Assembly (NCBI GenBank): GCA_963665275.2
Contig: CAXXIN010000003.1
Span: 128,001-192,000 of the forward strand
From: Negativicutes bacterium
GTDB taxonomy: Bacteria; Bacillota; Negativicutes; UBA1444
Direction: 5' to 3'
DNA: 64,000 bases
Part shown: piece after piece, positions 40,966 through 51,096 of the stretch
Position numbering within the stretch: the stretch's first letter is position 1
Layout of the letters: the number at the start of each line of letters is the position of its first letter
Notes under the pieces: model-generated
Seen by the model: only the letters and a program-made list of their open reading frames with translations
The model's database searches: none
Told to the model about the DNA's origin: nothing
Translations under genes and position numbers: made by a program

Positions 40966-41964
40966 CTAGAACATTTTATCGTTTTCCATAAGTGTTAAGT
41001 CTTGCCCAATTTCTTTTTCTACCGCTTTCTTGTAAATCAGAGAGGCAAGAGCAACATCATCAATGGCCATCCCAATATTAATAACCAAAAAACGTTCCTT
41101 ATCATTTACTCTGCCAGCTTTTTTATGACTAACAATATCACCAATTTCTGCGTACAAATTAGGGGGTGCGGCAAACGCTCCTGCGGCAGTCTTAAGCCAG
41201 TAGGAAGTCTGTCCCCAATCGTCAGTGACAAATTTATCGATACTTTCGATAACATCTTTGTTAAATGCGCGAGCAGCTTCCAGTCCACATGCGCAAACCC
41301 CTTCTTTGAGCCATTCAAAAGGAATAAAAGGTTTTTTAAGATTTTCAGTTGCCGTCAACACAAAGTCTGATTTTCGTATTGCCTCCTCCGTTTCAACATT
41401 TGTAATTACCTCAATTCCTGTTTTCTCACTAATATATTTTGCAAATCTAACTCGTGTATCTTCATTTAGATCTTGTGCATACACTCTTTTAAGTTTTGGC
41501 ATTACCGCATGTAACATTAAAGCATTTATCGTTCCTTGAACACCAGTTCCAATAACCGCAAGAGTTTGCGAATCTTTTTTAGCGCAATATTTAGCTGTGA
41601 TAGCTGTCATTGCAGCAGTTCTAGCAGCAGTCAACCACCTACAATCCATTACAGAAAGTGGCATTCCTGTTTCACAATCATTTAAGATCATTAGCCCCGC
41701 TATGGAAGGCAAGTCAATCTTACCATTTTCTGGATAACCACTAACCCACTTCAATCCACAAATATCTTGGTCTTTTATCCACGCAGGCATAGCATGAATA
41801 AATGCTCCATCCCGAGTATGTATCCCGGGTTTAGGAGGCATCTCAATTTGTTTATTACTATGAGCAACTAATCCCTTTTCGACTACATCAATAATCTCAT
41901 TGATAGATATATCTAACCCCATAATATCCTCTTGCGATAAATACCTAAAATCAACTTTTTTCAT
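40966..41964 (-). CDS. Ornithine cyclodeaminase / mu-crystallin family protein
   Basis: MPPK, HAMPA, GLKWVSGYPEN, LTAARTAA, IGTGVQG, GMAIDD. Confidence 0.88.
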   Translation of the reverse strand: MKKVDFRYLSQEDIMGLDISINEIIDVVEKGLVAHSNKQIEMPPKPGIHTRDGAFIHAMPAWIKDQDICGLKWVSGYPENGKIDLPSIAGLMILNDCETGMPLSVMDCRWLTAARTAAMTAITAKYCAKKDSQTLAVIGTGVQGTINALMLHAVMPKLKRVYAQDLNEDTRVRFAKYISEKTGIEVITNVETEEAIRKSDFVLTATENLKKPFIPFEWLKEGVCACGLEAARAFNKDVIESIDKFVTDDWGQTSYWLKTAAGAFAAPPNLYAEIGDIVSHKKAGRVNDKERFLVINIGMAIDDVALASLIYKKAVEKEIGQDLTLMENDKMF

Positions 41965-42011
41965 ACAAACTTCTCCTTTCACTTTTTGCAATGCTCAAGA
42001 TATCAAATACA

Positions 42012-43451
42012 CTAAATGACCTGACTTGTCTCAACGTTCGCATCAATAACTTCTGAGCCATTATTCGCAACAATCTTCTCTGTAAAAATTCCGAGGTAAG
42101 CATAGACAACTACCAAAATTACCGCGATCCAATGGCTAAATATATACGGCATGTATTCATACCATTGAACACCCAAGGCGCCAAGCACAACCAAGCAACC
42201 TCCACTCCAAGGTACATAAGCTCCGCTGTAACAGCACATTTCTAATACAGACCGAGAAAGGTTCACTTTTTTCAACCCTGCTTTTTCATATGCGGGAGCG
42301 TACATCCTGCCATTAAGAATCATGCCCACATAAACACTGCTAGACAAATACACTGTTAATTGGCTTGTTATCAGTGATGTTAATACCAATGGGCCCGGTG
42401 AAGCAGTGATTGATTTCAGTTTGTCCACTAGCACTTCCAATACGCCAATACGCTCGACGACCCCTGCAAAAATAAACGCGCATAATAGAATTAAAACAAG
42501 GCTCATCATTGCAGATAACCCGCCACCACTTAAGAGCTTATCGATCGACTTCATGCCCGTAGACATCGCGTTACCATTGTAGAGGATAGCCAGCATTTTT
42601 CCCACTGGGACTCCTTGCATTACTACTGCCAGTACTGCACCCAAAAGCACTCCAATACTCAGGACTGGTAGAATAGGCTTTTTCTTGAAAGCAAGATAAA
42701 CAACCACAACCGGTGGCAACAGTAATATAATATTCAAATTATAAGTCGTCTCTAATGCCGTCATGATCGGATTAAGACTGGATACGTCAGCATTACTACT
42801 ACTTTGAAAGAAAAACCCAATCACGCCATAAAGAACCGCGGCTGCCACCGCTGCCACTCCAGAAGTTGGTATCATACTGGTTACAAGCTTTATGATGTCA
42901 GTTCCCGTAACAGCCGCAGCAAGATTAGATGAATCCGACAAAGGACTCCATTTATCACCTAAAAACGATCCAGCCACTATCGCCCCTGCTGCTATGCCGG
43001 TAGGAACTCCTAATCCTTGAGCAACACCCAATAACGCAACGCCAAATGTTCCCACAATCGCCCAAGATGAACCCGTAGCCATAGAGGCGGCTGACGTCAA
43101 TAGGAATGCTGTTACTAAAAACACTGACGGAGTCAACAGTTTTAATCCCCAGTAGATAATGATTGGTGTTGTTCCCGAGGCTAACCAAGACGCGGTAATT
43201 AGGCCCACCATAAGCAAAATCAATATTGCTGGCATCCCTATTTTAATCAAATTCAGTATACTTTCTTGGATCTCATCCCACGTGAATTTCAAAATCATCA
43301 TTCCGTATGTCGCCGCTACAATACCGCAAAGAAGAACTGACATTCCAGTTGGAATCTTCCATACGATTGCTCCCAAGCACATAATTCCCACGAATGAACA
43401 AAGTAGAATTACCGCTTCATTGAAATATGTAAGTCGTTTTTGCTCTCCCAT
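42012..43451 (-). CDS. NhaC-family transporter (second paralogue)
   Basis: TGSSWAIVGTFG, GSFLGDKWSPLSDSSN, LSRSVLE, YVPW. Confidence 0.85.
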   Translation of the reverse strand: MGEQKRLTYFNEAVILLCSFVGIMCLGAIVWKIPTGMSVLLCGIVAATYGMMILKFTWDEIQESILNLIKIGMPAILILLMVGLITASWLASGTTPIIIYWGLKLLTPSVFLVTAFLLTSAASMATGSSWAIVGTFGVALLGVAQGLGVPTGIAAGAIVAGSFLGDKWSPLSDSSNLAAAVTGTDIIKLVTSMIPTSGVAAVAAAVLYGVIGFFFQSSSNADVSSLNPIMTALETTYNLNIILLLPPVVVVYLAFKKKPILPVLSIGVLLGAVLAVVMQGVPVGKMLAILYNGNAMSTGMKSIDKLLSGGGLSAMMSLVLILLCAFIFAGVVERIGVLEVLVDKLKSITASPGPLVLTSLITSQLTVYLSSSVYVGMILNGRMYAPAYEKAGLKKVNLSRSVLEMCCYSGAYVPWSGGCLVVLGALGVQWYEYMPYIFSHWIAVILVVVYAYLGIFTEKIVANNGSEVIDANVETSQVI

Positions 43452-43480
43452 TATTTCCCCTCCTTCTTTTTTGAATTCAT

Positions 43481-43500
43481 AGTGTATACACTTAGTATAC
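43481..43500. promoter_or_regulatory. Putative GntR operator
   Basis: Palindrome agtgtatacact plus adjacent gtatac; another tgtataca at 43741..43748 before the gntR gene. Confidence 0.55.
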
Positions 43501-43783
43501 GCAAAAAAACGGATAAGTCAATATATTCTACTAACTTATTGAAATATTTATGTCAATCTCTAATCGTCTACTAATCAAGGTTTACTGAGTGACAATAGTG
43601 AAGCAGAAGACTGTATTATCTAGACCATTTTATGTTACAATTGCTACAAATTATTTAAACTCGCGCAGTTGTTTCTACTACTAATAGAAACGAATTTAAT
43701 ATAGAGCTTTGCTTTTATGTTTTAAAATTAATATACTTAATGTATACAAATCAATATTACGCATATTATAGGAGGAGAACCAA

Positions 43784-44464
43784 ATGGAAAGTCATTTTCA
43801 TAACGAATTATCAATTTATCATCGTCTAAAAAATTCTATTTTGAAACAAGAATACGGACCCAAAGAAAGATTAGTAGAATCAGTAATCGCTGAAAAATTC
43901 GGAGTTAGTCGGACTCCTATACGAGAAGCTTTAAGAAAGCTTTCGTATGAAGGTTTGGTCGATATTATCCCAAACCAAGGAGGTGTTTTTGTTGCACAAC
44001 CAAGTTTAGAAGAAATGATCCAGATTTTTTCTTGTCGAATGCTTATTGAAAGAGAAACAACAAAAAAGGCGACTCAAGCTATTACGTCAAAAGATATTGA
44101 ATGCTTAGAAAAGATATCAGAGCGGCAGCGAGAAATTTACATGGGAAATAAAGTTTTTTCCGAATTTTTCGATAACAATATCGAATTTCATATGATAATT
44201 GCAAAGAAATGCAACAACATATACTATATTAAATATTTAGAAGAACTATTAAATAGAGGCAATCTTTATTTACTATTTTTTGACAAATTTCAATCTACCA
44301 ATTTGGATGAATCATTGGCAGTAAAAGAGCATTCCAGAATTATTAATGCATTAAAGGCAAAGAATATCGATGAGAGTGGAAATGCAATGTATGATCATAT
44401 TAAAACAACATATCTTAGCCTGTCTCGAAGCATGTTGGAATTAATGGGTCCATCTTCTCTATGA
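43784..44464 (+). CDS. GntR-family (FCD) regulator, divergent from the island operon
   Basis: ERLVESVIAEKFGVSRTPIREAL; FH..I and EH..II in the FCD domain. Confidence 0.9.
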   Translation: MESHFHNELSIYHRLKNSILKQEYGPKERLVESVIAEKFGVSRTPIREALRKLSYEGLVDIIPNQGGVFVAQPSLEEMIQIFSCRMLIERETTKKATQAITSKDIECLEKISERQREIYMGNKVFSEFFDNNIEFHMIIAKKCNNIYYIKYLEELLNRGNLYLLFFDKFQSTNLDESLAVKEHSRIINALKAKNIDESGNAMYDHIKTTYLSLSRSMLELMGPSSL

Positions 44465-44664
44465 CATCCAGCCTTGAATGAATGAGTTAAAAACTACAAC
44501 AAAACAGGTGCCCAGGTCGCTATAAAATTGAGCCACTAGGCTCGCATGGTTCGTCGATTTGCTGAATCTTTATCAAGGAAACTGGTACATTTCCGCGAGT
44601 AGTAGTAGCTGGTTCAACAAAGAATTTAAGGACAGACCTCAAACCAAGCCCTATCCGGGGAACG

Positions 44665-44983
44665 CGCCGGAACATCGTTGTTGCCCCGAAAGTGCTTAAG
44701 GCGTTGCAGCAATATGGTTAGCCAGGAAATGTGCGCGAGTTGCAAAGTATTTGTGAAAGTGCTATCAGTTTGACCGATTCAGACGCCCTCACTTTGGCCT
44801 ATCTTCCCGAAGAAATTTCAAGCAACGATTAAATCCGGCCGTCATTTACCTGCAACTCCGTCTTTGCCAGCTTAAAATTCAAATATCATTCGCGAGCGGC
44901 AACGCCAGCGTTGCTGCCCGTGAGCTTGGAAATTCCCGCAAAACACTTTTCCAAAGATGCAGATATGAGACCACAAAACGTAA
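44665..44983 (+). pseudogene. Decayed C-terminal half of a sigma54-dependent activator
   Basis: ALQQYG*PGNVRELQ (W replaced by a TAG stop) and, in another frame, the Fis HTH GNASVAARELGNSRKTL. Confidence 0.7.
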
Positions 44984-45036
44984 ACGGGGCTATCTCAATG
45001 CAGGGTTTCAGCCTGATTGAAACAGCCCCGTTTTTT
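44982..45036 (+). terminator. Terminator-like hairpin after the activator remnant
   Basis: aaacggggct...agccccgtttttt. Confidence 0.55.
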
Positions 45037-45090
45037 ATTATAACGATAATCACCACTAAAATCGCATTTATACCAAAACACCGAATTTCG

Positions 45091-46428
45091 GATAGTGTCA
45101 AATAATGTTCGCAAAAATCATCGGCACTTCAGCTTGGTTAAGCAGCCGCATCGAGTTTTTGCTGGATCTCTGTAATGATCATGGGATGAATATAAGATCG
45201 CCCGCTAGACCAATCCTCGCTGTATTCAATCAAGTAACTGGTTACTAGGCGAACATAGGAATCCATACTCGGGAAGATACCGACCACCTTTGTTCGACGC
45301 CGGATTTCCTTGTTTAGCCGTTCCAACAGATTAGTGGATGAGATTTTTCGCGAGTCGATTTCATTGAAACTGAAAAACTGCAGCGATTCTTCCAGACCGT
45401 CTTCCAATGTGGCAATCGCTTCCGGATATCTTGTTTCATAATCGTCCATCAGAGACGCCGCATATTTTTTGGCGCTGTCATAGTCAGGCTGGAGCCAGAT
45501 TTGCTTGAGTTTTTCCGCAAAGGTTTTCTTTTCCCGGCTGGATATATGGGCCAAGATATTTCGCATGAAATGGACTTTGCAGCGTTGCCAGGCGCAACCA
45601 ACGAAGGATTCCCTCACGGCTTTGACCAGCCCCTTATGCGCATCCGATACAACCAACCAGACCTTTTTTACTCCCCGGGCTTTGAGATTGTCGAACAGTT
45701 GGGTATACGTGGCGGCGGATTCCTCAACCATCGGTTCAATCGCCAGGATATCGCGTTTGCCGTCGCAATTAATGCCTGTAACTACCAGGACCGCCATGTT
45801 TTTAACACTATGGTGATCGCGGATACGTTCATACAGGGCATCCACCCATAGAACCGGATAGATCTCTTCCAACTGGCGATTGCGGAAGGCTTCAACTTGT
45901 TCATTTAATTCTTTGGTGATGGCCGAAACCTGACTGCGGGAGATGGAGTCGATCCCCAAACTTTTGGTGAGTTTGTCGATTTTCCGTGTCGATACGCCGT
46001 TTACATAGGCTTCCTGAATGACGTTCATCAAAGCGGCTTCGGATCGTTTTCTGGCTTCCAGGAAGAATGGGATATACCCGCCATTTCGGATCTTGGGCAC
46101 CATCAGATACATTGTCCCCATTCGCGTGTCAAATCGCCTGACTCGATAACCTGAGCGATATCCCTGGCGAGTTTGGGTTCGCTCTGATTTTTGGGCTTCC
46201 AGCTTGCCGTCCACTTCGGCTGCCATGAGTCGTTCGCAGAGCCACTTGAGCATTTCCTGCATGGGATCGTCGTCTGCCACAAATTTCATTAGCATTTTTT
46301 CAAAAGGTACGGTAGAATTTTGGTAAACCATCGGCGCTACACTCCTTTTGGGTTTGCTGGACACTTACCTTTTCGGAGTTGCCGATGGTTTTTCCTATTC
46401 TCTTTTGCGAACTTTATTGTACGCTATC
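45091..46428 (-). mobile_element. Complete IS256-family insertion sequence (1338 bp)
   Basis: 26-bp imperfect inverted repeats (gatagtgtcaaataatgttcgcaaaa / gatagcgtacaataaagttcgcaaaa, 22/26) and 8-bp target duplication gaatttcg at 45083..45090 and 46429..46436. Confidence 0.92.
45138..46331 (-). CDS. IS256-family transposase
   Basis: GVSTRK, WVDA, VSDAHKGL, WQRCKVHF, STNLLERLNKEIRRRT. Confidence 0.95.
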   Translation of the reverse strand: MVYQNSTVPFEKMLMKFVADDDPMQEMLKWLCERLMAAEVDGKLEAQKSERTQTRQGYRSGYRVRRFDTRMGTMYLMVPKIRNGGYIPFFLEARKRSEAALMNVIQEAYVNGVSTRKIDKLTKSLGIDSISRSQVSAITKELNEQVEAFRNRQLEEIYPVLWVDALYERIRDHHSVKNMAVLVVTGINCDGKRDILAIEPMVEESAATYTQLFDNLKARGVKKVWLVVSDAHKGLVKAVRESFVGCAWQRCKVHFMRNILAHISSREKKTFAEKLKQIWLQPDYDSAKKYAASLMDDYETRYPEAIATLEDGLEESLQFFSFNEIDSRKISSTNLLERLNKEIRRRTKVVGIFPSMDSYVRLVTSYLIEYSEDWSSGRSYIHPMIITEIQQKLDAAA

Positions 46429-46602
46429 GAATTTCGGCAATGATAAAATGCAAAATTAGACTGGCGTTGACAATTATTTCTCCTTAACGGTTTGTTTCGA
46501 GCCTGCAGTTGCTGAATTTTGCGATAGAATTAGTTTATTTTACCACTATGTCTATGCGCGTCCAGAAGCGCGTTATTTCTTCTCGTAGTTACCCAAGTGA
46601 GC

Positions 46603-46635
46603 AAAAAATTCCTTCTGCATCGCCACAGAAGGAAT
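46603..46635 (-). terminator. Terminator after gntR
   Basis: attccttctg...cagaaggaat with a T-run on the minus strand. Confidence 0.6.
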
Positions 46636-46669
46636 CAAATGGGTTTTTCCTATTGATGCAAATAAACGC

Positions 46670-47317
46670 TTACAGCGCGTGTCTTCTCATATGGAGAATA
46701 TCCTTTTCAAGCAGATCCGCTACAGCCTCAAAATTCTTTTTCCTTAATGCATCTTCAATCTCCATATGCCTGTTCGGATCTTCCGCGACATACGCCTGAT
46801 ATTCTGTTATGGTATAGAGCTGAAAAAAGGCCCTTCTCATTAGTTTCAGCGTGTCTGCCAACATTTTGGTCAGCATTGTATTCCCGCTGAATGAACACAA
46901 CAGGAGATGGAATGCACAATTTCTTTCCCAGTGCTGTTCCGGCGCCAAAAGACCCAGACTCTTTTGCCTGGCGTTCTCTTTGTTCAGTTCTGACAACTTG
47001 ACTAAATAACTATCATTGAAATTTTGCATAGTTTTTTTAAAGGCAGCAGTTTCCAGAATAAGACGAACTTCTGTCGACTCTCTCACATGCGTAATGTTCA
47101 GTTGGACAATCTGATAACCAAGCCTCGGAATACTTCGGAGCACGTTTTCATTGCACAGCTCAATCAGCGCTTCCCTAATAGGAGCTTTACTCACACCGAA
47201 CTTTGTTGCCAATTCACCCTCATTCAAAAATTGGTCAAGTGGGAATTCACCTTTTGAAATTCCATCAAAAATTTCATTATAGATTTTCTTTTTTAGAGAT
47301 ATCTTTTGCGTATTCAT
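46670..47317 (-). CDS. GntR-family (FCD) regulator
   Basis: LNEGELATKFGVSKAPIREAL; FH and H..I in the FCD domain. Confidence 0.88.
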   Translation of the reverse strand: MNTQKISLKKKIYNEIFDGISKGEFPLDQFLNEGELATKFGVSKAPIREALIELCNENVLRSIPRLGYQIVQLNITHVRESTEVRLILETAAFKKTMQNFNDSYLVKLSELNKENARQKSLGLLAPEQHWERNCAFHLLLCSFSGNTMLTKMLADTLKLMRRAFFQLYTITEYQAYVAEDPNRHMEIEDALRKKNFEAVADLLEKDILHMRRHAL

Positions 47318-47404
47318 ATCATCTAACCATTCCCTTTCGGTCATCCCTAATTTTAAACGCTTGTTTATGACTTTCTATCCAAGATTTTATCTGCTTCTTA
47401 TCGA

Positions 47405-48412
47405 TCATACCAACTTCCCTGAGTGAAGATCATCCGCCTGCCAATAGAGGTGGCAGGCAACAGAATGGTTACCGCCCAAATCTTTCAATTGCGGTTCTTC
47501 CTGTGCACAACGTTCCTTGGCCCTCGGGCAGCGCGTATGAAAACGACAGCCGCTTGGTGGATTGAAAGCGCTAGGCATATCCCCCAACAAATTGATATTG
47601 TCTCGATTCATGTCAACGTCAGGAATCGGGATGGCGGACAGAAGTGCTTGCGTATAGGGGTGTTTGGCGTCCGCATACAAATCTTTCTTTTCGGCGATTT
47701 CCACAACTTTCCCAAGATACATCACCATGATTCGGTCACAAATATATCGCACTACGCTCAAATCATGGGAAATAAACAGATAGGTCAAATTGAATGTTTT
47801 TTGCAGATCCAACATCAAATTGAGAACCTGTGCGCGCACGGAAACATCAAGCGCCGAAACCGGTTCGTCGCAGATGATGAATTTAGGGTCAAGAACCAAG
47901 GCTCTGGCGATCACGATACGTTGCCTCTGTCCGCCGGAAAATTCATGTGGATAGCGATTCATGTATTCCAGCGGCAGACCGACCTTGGTCATGATCTCCA
48001 TGACCTTTTGCTCCCGCTCCTCTCTCGAGCCAAGTTTGAACACATCGAGAGGCGCACGGATCTGTTCTTTCACCGTCATGCGGGAGTTCAGGGACGAGTA
48101 AGGATCCTGGAAAATGATCTGAAGTTCCCGGCGCATCTGGCGCATTTTTTCCTTATCAAAAGACAGCAGATCCTGCCCGTTATAAATAACTTTCCCTGAT
48201 GTGGGTTCATGCAGTCGCAGAATCGATCGGGACAGTGTCGATTTTCCGCAACCGGACTCGCCCACCACGCCCAACGTTTCACCCGCTTTAATCGAAAAAC
48301 TTACGCCGTCCAGCGCCCGGACGATCTTGACCTCTTTACTCAGAAATTTTTTCCCGGAGAAGAAATATTTTTTTAAATCATGAACTTCCAAAATGATGTT
48401 CGGATCGTTCAT
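47405..48412 (-). CDS. Peptide ABC ATPase (OppF-like)
   Basis: [38 protein letters not shown]. Confidence 0.9.
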   Translation of the reverse strand: MNDPNIILEVHDLKKYFFSGKKFLSKEVKIVRALDGVSFSIKAGETLGVVGESGCGKSTLSRSILRLHEPTSGKVIYNGQDLLSFDKEKMRQMRRELQIIFQDPYSSLNSRMTVKEQIRAPLDVFKLGSREEREQKVMEIMTKVGLPLEYMNRYPHEFSGGQRQRIVIARALVLDPKFIICDEPVSALDVSVRAQVLNLMLDLQKTFNLTYLFISHDLSVVRYICDRIMVMYLGKVVEIAEKKDLYADAKHPYTQALLSAIPIPDVDMNRDNINLLGDMPSAFNPPSGCRFHTRCPRAKERCAQEEPQLKDLGGNHSVACHLYWQADDLHSGKLV

Positions 48413-49401
48413 GCCTCTTCCCCCTCTGCCTGATCCTTGTATTTCCAGCACTGCACCTTTTGCCCGTCCATCATCAGGTAGATGGGCGGCGGATTATCAT
48501 AACACACGGTCATGGCCTGGGTGCAGCGGGCACAAAACCGACAACCCTTCGGCATCATGGCTGGCGTGGGCACAGTTCCCTCGATCGTCGCCAACCGGTC
48601 GCAGTCCTTATCCAGACGTGGCATAGAAGCCAACAGTCCCTGCGTATAAGGATGCAGAGGATTCTTGAAAATCTGGCGGGCAGTGCCGTATTCCATGACT
48701 TTGCCGGCATACATGACCATGATGGTATCAGCCATTTTGGCAACCACGCCCATATCATGCGTGATCAGGATAATGGCTGTATTGAGCTTGCGTTTCAGTT
48801 CCACCATCAAATCGATGATTTGCGCCTGGATGGTCACGTCCAAAGCAGTGGTTGGTTCATCTGCGATGAGCAGTGACGGGTTACAGGAAAGCGCCATCGC
48901 AATCATGACTCGTTGGCGCATACCACCTGACAATTGATGCGGATATTCCTGCAACCGCTGTTCCGGCGAAGATATGCCGACTTTTGTCAACAGTTCCAAA
49001 GCTTGCTTCTTAATTATTTCCCTGGGCAGTTTATTGTGGACCGAGATTGTCTCTTCCAACTGTTTGCCAATGGACAGGACCGGATTGAGAGAGGTCATGG
49101 AGTCCTGAAAAATCATGGCAATTTCCTCGCCGCGTATCCGGCACATTTCTTCGTTGCATTTCTTGGTGAGATCTTCGCCTTTGTAAAGAATTTCTCCTCC
49201 GGCAATGGACCCCACGGCATGGGGAAGCAGCCGCAGGATTGAAAGCGACGTTACGCTTTTACCGCAGCCGGATTCCCCGACGATTCCCAGCGTTTCACCC
49301 TCATGCACAGCAAAGCTGACATCATCCACGACTACAACCGTATTTCGCTTGGTCCTGAATTGGGTCTTAAGATGATTTACCTGCAACAATGGCTGCGACA
49401 C
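48409..49401 (-). CDS. Peptide ABC ATPase (OppD-like)
   Basis: [35 protein letters not shown]. Confidence 0.9.
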   Translation of the reverse strand: MSQPLLQVNHLKTQFRTKRNTVVVVDDVSFAVHEGETLGIVGESGCGKSVTSLSILRLLPHAVGSIAGGEILYKGEDLTKKCNEEMCRIRGEEIAMIFQDSMTSLNPVLSIGKQLEETISVHNKLPREIIKKQALELLTKVGISSPEQRLQEYPHQLSGGMRQRVMIAMALSCNPSLLIADEPTTALDVTIQAQIIDLMVELKRKLNTAIILITHDMGVVAKMADTIMVMYAGKVMEYGTARQIFKNPLHPYTQGLLASMPRLDKDCDRLATIEGTVPTPAMMPKGCRFCARCTQAMTVCYDNPPPIYLMMDGQKVQCWKYKDQAEGEEA

Positions 49402-49434
49402 GGTTCAGCCCCCTAACTATAGAGCTATGAAAGT

Positions 49435-51042
49435 CTATTTGGCGACCTTCCATTCCCATACACTGCGATTGTGAAGTGTGAAATTCGTGTAGTCTATGTT
49501 GGATATTTGCTTGTTATAGGCCACCAAATCATTCGAGAAATACAGCCAGGTAAAAGGCACCTGTTCGCGCAACAGCATTTGATACTGCTCGTAAAAGGGC
49601 TTGCGAGTCTCAAAAGTAAAGGCTTTGAGCCCCTTATCTCCCAAATTGGCCAGAGACCGATCCTGAAGCTGCGAGAAATTGTTAATGTGACCGGGGGTCA
49701 CATTCAGTACACTCTCCCCTGGATCCGGGGAACCCCAGGATCCGATCAGCGCAAAATCATAGTCCCCTTTGCGCGCTGCAGTAAGCATGGTTGGATGGTC
49801 GGTGGTGACAATTTTCACTTTGATGCCGATTTTAGCCAGGTCCTGTTGAAGCATCGGCGCGGATTTCTCGCGCAGAGAATTTCCCTTGGAGACACGCAAT
49901 TCATACTCTTTGCTTGTGTCAAAACCGGACCCGGCGACCATGGCTTTGGCTTTTTCCACGTCATAGGGGATCGGCAGCAAAGCCTTGTTAAAATACTTGT
50001 GATCGGGGCGTAATGGACCCGGCGCCGAAAGGCCTTCGCCTTTCATCAGGTTGTTCACCAAGGCATCCCGATTGATGGCCATGTTGATTGCCTGCCTAAC
50101 AGGTTGAGGAATTCGCTTGGTATTGATCGACATATATTGATACCCTAAAGACGGTACAGATTTAGTGACCAGTTTTTCCTGTTTTTTGGCCATGTCCCAA
50201 TCGTTCAGTGGAATGTTTCCTATACTGGCGCCCGCCACCACATCAATCTCTCCGTTAATCAAGCCGGATAGAATGTTGGATTCCGGTACGATTCTGACCA
50301 CGAATCGGTCAAAATCCGGCGCGCCCAGATGGTAGTCCTTGTTAGCCGTGAGTTGAACCCGTTCGCCGGAAATCTCGCTTTCGAACTTGCAGGGACCGGA
50401 ACCGATCGGACGCTGCCAGAATTTATCGCTTAGCAAGCTCTTCACTGGAATGTCCTTGAGCAAATGCTTTGGCAAGACGTAGAAATCGCGGAACATGATG
50501 AACAGCATGTAGTCCAGGCCCGTCGGTTCGATCATCGTGAACTGCACGGTTTGTTTATCGAGGGCTTTGACGCCGAACTCTTTGCCCGGGTCACGCACGC
50601 CGCCTTTGGTTCCTGTAAACGGCGCGATCTTGGAACGGCGCGCTACACTGATGTCGGGATTTGCCATCAATTCCGCCGTGAACACCACATCATCCGCGGT
50701 GACCGGCGCGCCATCGTGCCACTTCGCCTTTTCGTTCAGCACAAAGGTGATTTTGGTATGGGTCGCCTCGTCGATACTCCAACTTTTGGCCAGACGGGGC
50801 TTGACTGTGCCGTCTGTGTTGAGTACGGTCAGTTTATCATAAATCAGTTCCAGCACCGCATCCGTATTGCCGTTGGTGGTGTTGAAGGGAACAAATGTGT
50901 CCCAGGGCGCCGTCATCGCCATCGTAACGATTTTTTGCTTGCCGGATGCGCCTGTGGCGGGAGCGGGGCCCTGCGAGCAACCGCTCAGCAACATCGAGAC
51001 CATCAGCATGCCTACCAGAATTTTGACCAAGTTCCGATTCAT
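49435..51042 (-). CDS. SBP family 5 substrate-binding lipoprotein
   Basis: Lipobox LSGC, KWHDGAPVTADDVVFT, PIGSGP, VRQAINMAINR. Confidence 0.9.
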   Translation of the reverse strand: MNRNLVKILVGMLMVSMLLSGCSQGPAPATGASGKQKIVTMAMTAPWDTFVPFNTTNGNTDAVLELIYDKLTVLNTDGTVKPRLAKSWSIDEATHTKITFVLNEKAKWHDGAPVTADDVVFTAELMANPDISVARRSKIAPFTGTKGGVRDPGKEFGVKALDKQTVQFTMIEPTGLDYMLFIMFRDFYVLPKHLLKDIPVKSLLSDKFWQRPIGSGPCKFESEISGERVQLTANKDYHLGAPDFDRFVVRIVPESNILSGLINGEIDVVAGASIGNIPLNDWDMAKKQEKLVTKSVPSLGYQYMSINTKRIPQPVRQAINMAINRDALVNNLMKGEGLSAPGPLRPDHKYFNKALLPIPYDVEKAKAMVAGSGFDTSKEYELRVSKGNSLREKSAPMLQQDLAKIGIKVKIVTTDHPTMLTAARKGDYDFALIGSWGSPDPGESVLNVTPGHINNFSQLQDRSLANLGDKGLKAFTFETRKPFYEQYQMLLREQVPFTWLYFSNDLVAYNKQISNIDYTNFTLHNRSVWEWKVAK

Positions 51043-51096
51043 GTCATTTCCCCCTCATAAATTTGTTTTGTTCCCGTAACCTCAAGGTTTCTGTGT

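Noticed and set aside
44719-44721. Pyrrolysine/amber recoding in YG*PGNVREL
   Set aside because: The position is a conserved Trp (TGG to TAG) in a fragment that is also truncated and frameshifted, so ordinary decay explains it.
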